NCBI GenBank assembly: GCA_963729895.1
Contig: CAVSQB010000036.1
Coordinates: 31,227-95,226 of the forward strand
DNA length: 64,000 nt
Source: an uncultured Fibrobacterota bacterium
GTDB lineage: Bacteria; Fibrobacterota; Chitinivibrionia; Chitinivibrionales; FEN-1185
Reading direction: 5' to 3'
Below are positions 39,983 to 49,093 of the stretch, one piece after another. Below the pieces are notes generated by a model. It saw nothing but the letters and a program-made list of their open reading frames with translations. It ran no database searches and was not told where the DNA came from. Made by a program: the position numbers and the translations under genes. Positions within the stretch are counted from its first letter, which is position 1. The number at the start of each line of letters is the position of its first letter.

Positions 39983-40456
39983 CTAAGCCGAAATAGCCTC
40001 TAAGAATGTCTTGTAATATTTTGTCTTATGAAAATCGGATTGATGTTTCTTTATAAATGAAACGAACTCTTGTTTAACAATATTTTTCTTTTGAATGCGA
40101 GAATAAAAAAGACGTTGATATATTCTTTCATCTGGTTTAATCATTCGCATAATCTCAGTTTCAATGTCTGGAATAGCGTAAATAATCTGAATGTTGTTGT
40201 AAGAAGAAAGGCGTTCTTCTATTTGCATCTTTAACGAGTTAAGCTTCATTTCTTCTTCATCCAAATCAAGCGCAAGGATTATCCGGCCATTTCGATGTCG
40301 AATTGCCAACGATTCTGCAAGGGCAACTGCTTCAGATGTTCCTCCACCTATCGGACTCATCATCCAACCATGCTCCTTTATTTCAGGGAAAATGGCGCGA
40401 ATGTAATAGGTATCAGAAGCGCCCTCAGTTATAATGTATTTGGTAGCGGTTTTCAA
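39983..40456 (-). CDS. Small TOPRIM-like protein
   Basis: IITEGASD and ALDLD (E and DxD motifs), PDIE; ATGA-coupled to the upstream nuclease gene. Confidence 0.6.
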   Translation of the reverse strand: MKTATKYIITEGASDTYYIRAIFPEIKEHGWMMSPIGGGTSEAVALAESLAIRHRNGRIILALDLDEEEMKLNSLKMQIEERLSSYNNIQIIYAIPDIETEIMRMIKPDERIYQRLFYSRIQKKNIVKQEFVSFIKKHQSDFHKTKYYKTFLEAISA

Positions 40457-40814
40457 ATGATGCCTCCTACATGGTAATCATAGATTCCTTGTTCAATAAG
40501 CTTCTGCATTTTGATGACAATAAGTTTCTTGAAATCCCACTGACCCGTCTCGCATGCTTTAATTGAATTATCAATTTCATTGCCCTGCCAGATCAATATG
40601 TTTTTGGGTTGAAGATACTTCATATACTCCTGCGCGGCAGGAGTCAAGCCCGTTCGTGTAACTATGAGTCCCATTGTCGATGTTGGCCGTGTTTGTAGAC
40701 GCGCATAAAGCTTTGCAATAGGTTCTATATTGAGGTGTCATCGGGCACTTTAAAATGGGCCACTTGTGGGCACTTTCAAAACAGGCCACTTCGATTTAGT
40801 TAAAATAGTTTACG

Positions 40815-41546
40815 TCAAGCGCTTTTGTTCTTAGAGAGCCGATAGCTTTTCCCTTTGATGTTAAAGATTGTTGCGTTGTCCAGGAACCTGTCAAGTATCG
40901 CCGAGGTGGCGGCGGTATCTCCCAGGATCGAGGCCCAGTCGGTTATGGGCCTGTTTGAGGCGATGATGGTGGCTGTGTTTTGATACCGACGGTGCACGAT
41001 TTCCAAGAGATCATCGGCTGCGGTTGCAGGCATTTTTTTCATGCCGAACTCGTCAAGGATAAGCAGGCTGTAACGAGAGAGTTGTTCGACGAGATGTTTT
41101 CGAGAGTCGTTTCGTGCTGCGTCCGCCATGTCGGAGACCAGATCGAAGGCGGAACGGTAATAAGTAGGATACCCGTTCTGGACCGCGGCTAGGCCTATAG
41201 CCAACGCCAGATGCGTCTTGCCGACACCGGGCGGGCCGATGAAAAGAACATTGTTGGCATGCGAGACGAAAGACGAGTTCATAAGGCCGAGTACGTCCTT
41301 TTTCGGGATAGCGGGATTAAAGGTAAAGTCGAAGTTCTCCAATGTTAATGCTGCCGGGAACCCGGCGATTTTGATTCGGCGTTTGAGGAGATTGTCTTTT
41401 CTCCTCTGTACTTCGTCGGTGACCAGCCGGTCAAGGAAGTCGATGTAATCGAGCTCGTTGGCTTTGGCCTCCTGGTAACGCACCGGCAGGATGGCGGCCA
41501 TGCCGCTCAGGCGAAGGTTTTTAAGAGTGAGTTGCAACTGTTCCAT
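40815..41546 (-). CDS. istB: IS21 helper ATPase IstB
   Basis: LRLSGM, FDFTFNP, GPPGVGKTHLA, LILDEFG, AILDR and GKSYRL motifs. Confidence 0.95.
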   Translation of the reverse strand: MEQLQLTLKNLRLSGMAAILPVRYQEAKANELDYIDFLDRLVTDEVQRRKDNLLKRRIKIAGFPAALTLENFDFTFNPAIPKKDVLGLMNSSFVSHANNVLFIGPPGVGKTHLALAIGLAAVQNGYPTYYRSAFDLVSDMADAARNDSRKHLVEQLSRYSLLILDEFGMKKMPATAADDLLEIVHRRYQNTATIIASNRPITDWASILGDTAATSAILDRFLDNATIFNIKGKSYRLSKNKSA

Positions 41547-43166
41547 GGATCAAAGGGTCCTTTCTTCAACAAGGGTTTGATATTCGGATATCGGACGTAT
41601 GAGGTCGTGATTTTGCGTGAGCGTACTGGACTCCGGCACGTTTTGTGACGGTCCTTTCGCAGCTTGAAGTTGACAGAGAGCGACCAGATTGTGGTAATGC
41701 AAAAGATGTTGTTGCAATGCAAGGGTACAGGCGGCGTCCAGCACCGGATGCGGGAACCGTTTTGCCAGGGAGAGTACGCCGCGAACGCGGCGGATGGAGA
41801 GCGGATGGTTTTGATGCAGGAGCGATTCGACAACCCCGAGGCAGGCCGGGCCGATGATCCGGGCTTCTTTGCAATAGTAGAACTCCTGATGTTCGAGTGT
41901 GGGATGTTTGTAGGGTGGAAGACACGAGTGTGGTTGTACGAACTTTCCCTTTCCGGTAAGCGTCTTGTGAGTAATCAGCAGTTGCTGCGTGTTGTCGAGG
42001 ATTTTGACATAGTCGCTATTGTAATGCACGCTCACCCATGTACCGATGAACCGATGAGGCGCTGCATAGAAGTTGTTGCCGACACAGACCAAGCCGGTCA
42101 CGTCAACTTTACGTTGTGCGACATGGAAAAAAGGAAAGTCGCGGTCTGCAAGAGGACGCAAAGCTCGCTGCTCGGTCTCTACGAACATTTTCCAGACCTG
42201 ACATTTGACCGTTCCGTGGATGCGTGTACGCGCCCAGCGCTTGTTCCAGTGCTTCAGAAAGACATTACTTTCTTCAAGGCTTTGGAAGCGTCGATCCGCA
42301 AGAGCATTGGACTGGGTATATTGGATATCACGTTCTACGCGGCCTTTGTGGTTTGGCTTGTACGGTGCGCAAGGATTGGCGACAAAACCCCAGTGTTCCG
42401 CAAAAGCGGCGTACGTGGGATTAAGTTGCGGATCGTAAAGACAGGCCAGCAACACGGCGGCCTTGATATTGTCAAGCTTCACGCTCTCCGCAACGCCGCC
42501 GAAAGATTTAAAACCGTGCTCGTGGCAGCGGATAAAAGTCTCTATGTCCTGATGCAACACGTGCTCTTCGTAGGAGTGGCGACTATGCGACAGGGTCATT
42601 TTAAACAGCCACGGGTGAAGCCAACGGCCATTGACAAGCACAAGGCTGGGACTCTTGGTGAAATCAACCTGGACTTCTCTGCCGGGATATGTCGGAAGGC
42701 GTTCAAAATATTGAGGGTGCCGTTTGCGCAGCTTGCGCACATAGCGTTTCACGCTGTCGTAGCTGCCGCTGAAACTGAGATCTTCGACAAGGTCTTGATA
42801 AATCCGTTGAGCGGTAAGACCTCGCAGCACTTTTTCTCGGATACCTGCCGCATGAGGCTGAATCGCGGCGCTGTGAGTCGAAGGGATAACAGGCAAAAAG
42901 TCGGTGGGCACTTTCGGCCCATTTTGGAAACCCGTGGAAGCAACAGAGTCGAGGTCGGCGGGCACTTGTGGCCCATTTTGAAACTGTTTACGGTACTTGG
43001 AAATCGTATCCCGGTGGATACCTGTCTGGCGCTTTATGGCTCGATCTGAGAGATTGAGGCGCAAAAAGCCTTGTATCAGGTGCACTTTGTCGTATCCGTT
43101 CCGCGAACCCATCTTTTTCATGATTGGTTCCTGAGCGATATTATTATCGCGTAAAGGAGGCGCATC

Positions 43167-43481
43167 ATGAAACGACGACAGCATTCTCATTCCCCATCGG
43201 AGATTCGAGCACACCTGACCAAACAAGGGACGAGCGGGTTGGGCGTCGACCGATATTGCAACCAAGAGAATATTGCCGTTTCGACATTCTGGAACTGGCG
43301 CAAGCGATACGGTACCAAGACACTTCCCTCGGCCACCTCGGCGCCGTTTGCTCGGGTTGGCGTTATGCCCTTCATTCCAATGCAAGGATTTGAAGTCGTT
43401 TTTGACAACAAGGTCACGGTTCGTATCCCATCTCGGTTCGAGACGGAGTCACTGCGTTCCCTTTTCCGCGCATTGAAGTAA
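43167..43481 (+). CDS. tnpA: IS66 TnpA-like HTH protein
   Basis: SGL....YC.......STFWNWRKR motif; AAGGAGG Shine-Dalgarno. Confidence 0.85.
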   Translation: MKRRQHSHSPSEIRAHLTKQGTSGLGVDRYCNQENIAVSTFWNWRKRYGTKTLPSATSAPFARVGVMPFIPMQGFEVVFDNKVTVRIPSRFETESLRSLFRALK

Positions 43482-43487
43482 TCGCCT

Positions 43488-43844
43488 ATGTTCACGCTGC
43501 CCTCGGCGGTTACAGTGTTCGTCTGTTTGCTGCCGACCGACCTTCGCAAAAGCTTCGACAGTTTGGCGGCGTTAACCGAATCCGTCATCCGGCAGAGTCC
43601 GCTATCCGGCCATCTGTTTGTGTTCCTCAACCGCTCGCGCGACCGGATGAAAGTTTTGTTCTGGGACCGTACCGGCTACTGTCTTTACTACAAGCGACTC
43701 GAAGCCGGAACGTTTGTGTTACCCTTGCAGGATGATGCCGGGACATCCACAACGATGTCGCTTCCCGAACTCACGCTTGTGCTGGAAGGCATCGACCTGT
43801 CCGGTTCGCGGCGCAGGAAAAGATTTGTTCTACCTTCCGCATGA
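43488..43844 (+). CDS. tnpB: IS66 accessory protein TnpB (Orf2)
   Basis: TDLRKSFDSL, LFVFLNR and KVLFWDRTG..LYYKRLEAG motifs. Confidence 0.95.
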   Translation: MFTLPSAVTVFVCLLPTDLRKSFDSLAALTESVIRQSPLSGHLFVFLNRSRDRMKVLFWDRTGYCLYYKRLEAGTFVLPLQDDAGTSTTMSLPELTLVLEGIDLSGSRRRKRFVLPSA

Positions 43845-43886
43845 TTTCTTGGCAAAACAGAAAGACATTCTTTATATTATTTGTAA

Positions 43887-45380
43887 ATGGCAACTGATTC
43901 CTCAAATCCTGCGACATACCACGAACTCCTTGCGGAAAATCTCGACCTCAAACGCCAGCTCGCGTATCTCAAGCGTATGATCTTCGGCCAGAAGCGGGAG
44001 CGATTCGTTCCGTCGGTTCCCGAAGAGCAGATGTCGCTCGATGCCCTGCTTGAGACCGCCGGAGCGAAGATGCCCGGCTTTGCCGAATCGAAAGAAAAGA
44101 TCTCCTACGAACGCCGCAAGCCCAAAAAAGGTCACGGCAGAAATCCCATTCCGGATGATCTTCATCGTGAAAAGCATGTTCTGGACGTCCCCGAATCCGA
44201 CAAAGTTTGTTCATGCTGCGGCACCCAGAAGAAACATATCGGCGATGATGTCACCGAAGAACTGGAATACAAGCCTGCCGTATTTTTCGTCAACCAGTAC
44301 GTAAGGCCGAAATACGCTTGTCCAAAGTGCCCGGACAATGGAATCACGGCAGCGCCGATGCCTCCTCGTCCCATCGACAAGGGTATCGCAGGTCCGGGGC
44401 TGCTTTCTTATATTCTGGTCAGCAAGTACGTCGATCATTTGCCGCTGTATCGATTGCAACAGATGTTCATGCGGTACAACATCCATATCAACCGCTCAAC
44501 CATGGCGGGCTGGATCGCCGAACTCTGCAATCCGCTGGAAGCGATTTACCGAACGATGAAAGAGACATTGCTGTCGTCATTTTTAATCCAGGCGGACGAG
44601 ACAACGCTCAAGGTTCTTGACGATACGGTAAAGGGTAAATGCCTACTGGGTTATCTGTGGCCGTATGTTGGCGATGGAAAGCTTGCCGTATTCGAGTTCC
44701 GCGACTCCCGACACCATGACGGCCCAACCGATTTTCTGGAAAAGTTCACGGACCGGTATCTTTTGTCCGACGGATACGCTGGGTATAATGATGTCATACG
44801 GAAGAACCGATTATCGCATCTGATGTGTTGGGCGCATGCACGGCGAAAGTTCTTCGAGTCAAAAGACCTTGATCCTGAGTTCGCAGAATCCGTGCTTGAA
44901 CATATCAAAGAACTTTACAAAATCGAGCTGGAAGCGACAACGGGTAAGCTGAACCATCAATCGCGCTATGAGCTTCGTAAACAAAAGACCGTGCCGGCGT
45001 TGGATAAAATCAAAAGTCTTCTTGAAAATCCCGGCAAGATCATTGTACCAAGAAACAAAATCAACGAAGCCATCGACTACACTCTCAATCACTGGGCACA
45101 ACTGACGAGGTTCCTTGAAGACGGCAGATTACCCATCGACAACAATCTCTGCGAAAACACGATCAGACCTGTTGCGTTGGGGAGAAAAAACTGGCTGTTC
45201 GCCGGATCACACGAAGGCGCAAAACGTATGGCGATTATTTATTCGCTCGTTGCAACCTGCAAGCTCAACGGCGTAAACCCGTACGAATACTTCCTCGATA
45301 TCCTGCCAAAAGCGGCGTCGTACTCGAACAAAAACATCGCCGACCTCTCGCCGATCAACTGGAAAATGTCAAAGAGCTAA
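43887..45380 (+). CDS. tnpC: IS66 transposase TnpC
   Basis: FGQKRE, zinc finger, KYVDHLPLYR, ADET, DGYAGY, CWAHARRKF and DNNLCENTIRPVALGRKNWLF motifs. Confidence 0.95.
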   Translation: MATDSSNPATYHELLAENLDLKRQLAYLKRMIFGQKRERFVPSVPEEQMSLDALLETAGAKMPGFAESKEKISYERRKPKKGHGRNPIPDDLHREKHVLDVPESDKVCSCCGTQKKHIGDDVTEELEYKPAVFFVNQYVRPKYACPKCPDNGITAAPMPPRPIDKGIAGPGLLSYILVSKYVDHLPLYRLQQMFMRYNIHINRSTMAGWIAELCNPLEAIYRTMKETLLSSFLIQADETTLKVLDDTVKGKCLLGYLWPYVGDGKLAVFEFRDSRHHDGPTDFLEKFTDRYLLSDGYAGYNDVIRKNRLSHLMCWAHARRKFFESKDLDPEFAESVLEHIKELYKIELEATTGKLNHQSRYELRKQKTVPALDKIKSLLENPGKIIVPRNKINEAIDYTLNHWAQLTRFLEDGRLPIDNNLCENTIRPVALGRKNWLFAGSHEGAKRMAIIYSLVATCKLNGVNPYEYFLDILPKAASYSNKNIADLSPINWKMSKS

Positions 45381-45619
45381 CAAACGGGCGACATGGGACC
45401 GCCGAACGGATACACTTTGTCCATCTTCAAAACGTTACCCATGCATTTCCCCTTTCCTTGTTAGGAAATGAGATATGCATTATGCGGTTGGTGTTTTGAA
45501 GTGGCCTATTTTGACTGCTACAAAGTGCCCATTAACTGGCCCAGTTTAGGCGCCCGCCGACAATTGAGGTTTGAATCCTCGTAGAACTTCGATTCGACAA
45601 TGAAAGGAATATCACCTAG

Positions 45620-46931
45620 CAGGTTGTTGAAATAGTCCTAACAGAAGCGCTCTTGTTGATTTTTTATGAACCTAACTTCAACTTTACATATGTCAGAGAG
45701 GTTTTACCTGCCTCGTTCCGAGGCATTTCCCCGGATTCCCAGGCCATTCTCATGCTGCCCCCACCGTTTGCGGCATCAACTTAACCATGCGTATCAAGTT
45801 GTACGCTGCGGCAACCACGTAGGCAACAGTCTGGTTGATTCGTATTCCTCTTACCCGAGTTTTCCGCAGGCCACCGACGCTCTTGATCCACCCAAATATC
45901 TCTTCAACCCGTTTTCGTTTCCTTTGACTTACGCTGTATCCCTTATGCCGAGTCGTTCTTCCATCCAACCCTTTAAGCGAAGTGTTGGCCTTCTCGGCAA
46001 TGTGAGGCTTCACGTGCAGGCGTCGCAGGCTCTTGATAAATTCGGTTGCATGATACCCTTTGTCTGCACCCACCGTCTTCATCCGGCGTTTTCCGCGCCT
46101 GCGTTCATGCTTTATCAGCTCAAGCGCCATATCCCGTTCCGCTGTCCCCGTCGCTGGCGCAATGGCGATATCAACACACAACCCATTTCGGTTTTCCATC
46201 AGCACGTGACCGGAATACGCCAGCTGCGCTCCCGTTCTCTTGTTCTTCCGAGCCAACAGCGCCTCTGGATCGGTCGAACTCTGATGTGTCTCATTGCTTC
46301 GCTTCTCATGGTGGAAATCAACCGACGGATTACTCCGATCATCGTCAGTCTTGTTCGCCGATTCCGCGTCTTTTCGCTTGAAGCTCTTCATCGATGCCCA
46401 GGCTTCAATCAACGTGCCGTCAACCGTGAAATGCTCATCGGACAACAACTCTTCGGAACGAGCAAGACGCACGATTTCCTGCATCAGCCGGTGCGCAATC
46501 TCCTGTTCCATAAGTCGATCTCGGTTCTTCGAAAACACACTATGATCAAACGATGCCGCATCCAGATCCATGTCAAGAAACCATCGGAACAGAATGTTAT
46601 AGTCCAGCATCTCGCAAAACAACCGGTCCGACCGTATCGAAAACAAAGCCATCAATATCTGTGCTTTCAAAAGCCATTCCGGCGGTATCGAAGGGCGTCC
46701 CATCCGGCTGTACATCGCCTCAAAGTCACGAGAAAGGCGGCGCAGCGCTATGTCCGTAAACTGTTTGACACGACGAAGCGGGTGCGTTGCCGGCACTCGG
46801 GAATCCGGAGAAACGAAGCTGAACATACCGCCTTGGGCTGGCTGGGAACCTCTCATCAATACTCCTTGGTTGGGGTTCCCCTATAATATAAGGATAAATG
46901 TTTACAAAAGGGAGACTTTTTCAACACCCTG
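45620..46931 (-). mobile_element. IS5-family element
   Basis: Inverted repeats CAGGnTGTTGAAAnAGTC; CTAG duplicated on both sides (45616-45619 and 46932-46935). Confidence 0.93.
45750..46856 (-). CDS. IS5-family transposase
   Basis: GRPSIPPE, FSKNRDRL, VDGTLIEAWAS, ADKGY and RKRVEEIFGWIK motifs. Confidence 0.95.
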   Translation of the reverse strand: MRGSQPAQGGMFSFVSPDSRVPATHPLRRVKQFTDIALRRLSRDFEAMYSRMGRPSIPPEWLLKAQILMALFSIRSDRLFCEMLDYNILFRWFLDMDLDAASFDHSVFSKNRDRLMEQEIAHRLMQEIVRLARSEELLSDEHFTVDGTLIEAWASMKSFKRKDAESANKTDDDRSNPSVDFHHEKRSNETHQSSTDPEALLARKNKRTGAQLAYSGHVLMENRNGLCVDIAIAPATGTAERDMALELIKHERRRGKRRMKTVGADKGYHATEFIKSLRRLHVKPHIAEKANTSLKGLDGRTTRHKGYSVSQRKRKRVEEIFGWIKSVGGLRKTRVRGIRINQTVAYVVAAAYNLIRMVKLMPQTVGAA

Positions 46932-47329
46932 CTAGATATACCACTCCATCGATTTGCTCGACTATCTGTTTCCTCTTTTTATTGCAGTAAGGGCATGGGA
47001 CAGTTGCAAAACGCACAGATGAATATGATACCTTCATCGAACTCAGCTCAAAAAGACGGATAATGAGGTACTCAAATTCAACACCTGAGTTTGGAAAATA
47101 TGTCGGTTTGTAGTTCTTTTTTGAGAGAGTCGATAGTTTCTTTCGAGCTTCTTTAAAATTATTAATTTCTGCAATTATTCTCGCTGAATAAGTTTTTTTT
47201 GGCATTCCAATTCTCGCGATTCTGATGAAATTGTAAAAACATTCTATGGTTTCTATTGCACACGCTAATCTTATTATGCCTATTCTCCTATGGTGCTAAG
47301 GAAGTTCATTCAATGCTTGAATTAGAATC

Positions 47330-47477
47330 TCACCAGCAGGGATGCTGGCGATTACTCGGGCATAAAACAAACTTTAAAAACAGGTCACCTCAATTCTTTT
47401 CCTCCGCCGTCTTTCTGTCTTGCTTTCCCAATTTGTGCCCGATTCTTTCGCCGGCACACATGACGTGTGAAGGCGAT
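47330..47477. repeat. Structured module-boundary repeat (central copy)
   Basis: Right half matches 35437-35523; left half matches 50911-50950. Confidence 0.8.
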
Positions 47478-47482
47478 TCCCT

Positions 47483-49069
47483 TCATCCGCGAATGGCTTT
47501 CTCAATCCGAATACAGAATTCGTGTTCAAATTTCTTCAAAGAATCCCTTGAGTTGTTTTCTTTGTCAAAATAGATGCCATCGCAAAAGAAGCGCGAGCCA
47601 CCTTCAGAACTGAAATAAAGACCTTTTTGAATTAATTTTGAAGCGATATCATCGGAAATCTCACGTATAAGTGGATAAACAAGGCCTATAGAATTAAGTT
47701 TCTGGTTCTTTTCGACAGCACCAGCATATGTGTGAATTTGGAAAAAGTCCTCACGGTCAAAGTCATTATAAGCAAAGCCCATTCTCTTGTATTTTGCATC
47801 AAGAATTACAATTTCATTCTGATAGATCATTACAATATCTGGAATCAATTTTCGTTCAAAATATTTGCCTTTATAACTAATTATTTCTTCGGGCTGTATT
47901 TGCCAACCCTTAGTAGTAAAGTGCTTTTTGAGAATTGAACGTATATACATTTCCCACAATTCTGCCATATCGATAAAGAAGCTATGTCCCTTTCCAATAG
48001 TGTTGCCTTGCAAAGGATTCGCTTTGCTCTTAAGGATTGCCCAAGAAAAGTCCACAATTTCTTTGAATTTCCGGTAAATATCCTTGTAACGTATAGCTTT
48101 AAAATCATGATCAGTTAGAGGCCGCCCCAAGTCGTCCTGATTTATTTCAAGGTGGCTTAAAATATCAGAAACATTCTCCGGAATATTAAATGTTCCGAGA
48201 AAATATTCCCTCTTGAGTATTAAATAAGCCTGAAATAGAATACTTAGAATTGTATGGTCATATTCCTTCTCTAATCGCACAGAAACCAGTTTCCCTTTTG
48301 TTTTTAAAGAAATTATCGATCTTGACAAGGAGAGCTTGCCCTTTAAAACCGAACCTGTTTCTTGACGAGAAATATTACGCCGTGGGAAACCGTACTGATT
48401 TGCCTTCGCCAACTTTTGAAGCCAAATAAATGCAATAATACGTTTTATAAAAAGAGCTGAATTTAGTTCAGATTGGGTGTAGAGACTTTCGCTAATGCGG
48501 ATATTGAATACTTCCTCAAGCAGGGAAAAAAGGAAATGATTGCCGAATCTTGGCTGAATAATAACTCTATATGTTTTACCTTGAGATTGGAAAACGGATT
48601 CTCCTACATACCGACCAGCAACCCAAGCTTTTTGTTGATTGTCAAATAACGCAATGGGACTGTCATTATTCAGTCTGTCAGTGAAAAAAGACTTTACACC
48701 GGAATTGTGAAGTGAAATGAACTCAACAATTGGTTCAAAATTCTGTTTCTCAAAGGGGCAACAATCTTTGGCAATTATTTCTATCGGCGTTTCCGATTCA
48801 TGTTTTGGTGAAATATTCCCATATGAGATTTCAATAACTGGATTATTTGTGATTCCTTTGAACCACTCTTCTCCGTGTTTATTCATCCATTTTCTAGCGG
48901 AACGGACACGCTTGACTCCCATATATTTTTCGCCAAATTTATTGCCGACTTTATCAGAAATATCCTCATCAGTGAATTTTCGTTCCCAAAGCAAATTGCA
49001 AATGAGATCACCTATTTGATCCTCAAGAGTTTCCTCTTTTACGGAAGCGACTTTATTATCGACACTCAC
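47483..49069 (-). CDS. mcrC: McrC-like nuclease subunit with N-terminal extension
   Basis: AGRYVG, IQPRFG, FIDMAELWEMY, LIPDIV...LDAKYK and DFFQIHTY motifs. Confidence 0.88.
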   Translation of the reverse strand: MSVDNKVASVKEETLEDQIGDLICNLLWERKFTDEDISDKVGNKFGEKYMGVKRVRSARKWMNKHGEEWFKGITNNPVIEISYGNISPKHESETPIEIIAKDCCPFEKQNFEPIVEFISLHNSGVKSFFTDRLNNDSPIALFDNQQKAWVAGRYVGESVFQSQGKTYRVIIQPRFGNHFLFSLLEEVFNIRISESLYTQSELNSALFIKRIIAFIWLQKLAKANQYGFPRRNISRQETGSVLKGKLSLSRSIISLKTKGKLVSVRLEKEYDHTILSILFQAYLILKREYFLGTFNIPENVSDILSHLEINQDDLGRPLTDHDFKAIRYKDIYRKFKEIVDFSWAILKSKANPLQGNTIGKGHSFFIDMAELWEMYIRSILKKHFTTKGWQIQPEEIISYKGKYFERKLIPDIVMIYQNEIVILDAKYKRMGFAYNDFDREDFFQIHTYAGAVEKNQKLNSIGLVYPLIREISDDIASKLIQKGLYFSSEGGSRFFCDGIYFDKENNSRDSLKKFEHEFCIRIEKAIRG

Positions 49070-49093
49070 AATAACCTCTTTGCCAATTATGGA

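Larger units (their letters stand above)
43092..45413 (+). mobile_element. IS66-family element
   Basis: Inverted repeats GTATCCGTTCnGCGnnCCCAT; 8-bp target duplication ACTTTGTC (43084-43091 and 45414-45421); three-gene layout. Confidence 0.95.
41550..45442 (-). pseudogene. istA: IS21 transposase IstA interrupted by IS66 near codon 10
   Basis: MGNVLKMDK (from 45442) rejoins VHLIQGF... across the IS66 target duplication; QVDF, DNIKAAV and KGRVER catalytic motifs. Confidence 0.92.
40736..45562 (-). mobile_element. IS21-family element (contains nested IS66)
   Basis: TGTC...GACA ends with repeated GGGCACTTT/GGCCACTT motifs; 7-bp target duplication ATTGAGG (40729-40735 and 45563-45569); istA and istB. 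Confidence 0.95.
40453..47205 (-). pseudogene. Mrr-like PD-(D/E)xK restriction endonuclease split in three by IS5 and IS21
   Basis: Segments 47205-46932, 45615-45563 and 40728-40453 join in frame to 200 aa containing GVEFE...EQIDGVVYLGDIPFIVESKF. Confidence 0.85.

Noticed and set aside
43092..43385. Long N-terminus of the 611-aa istA track ORF
   Set aside because: Read-through from the inserted IS66; the true istA start is at 45442.
41664..46886. Long plus-strand ORFs 41664-43049 and 45666-46886
   Set aside because: Antisense shadows of the IS21 and IS5 transposases.
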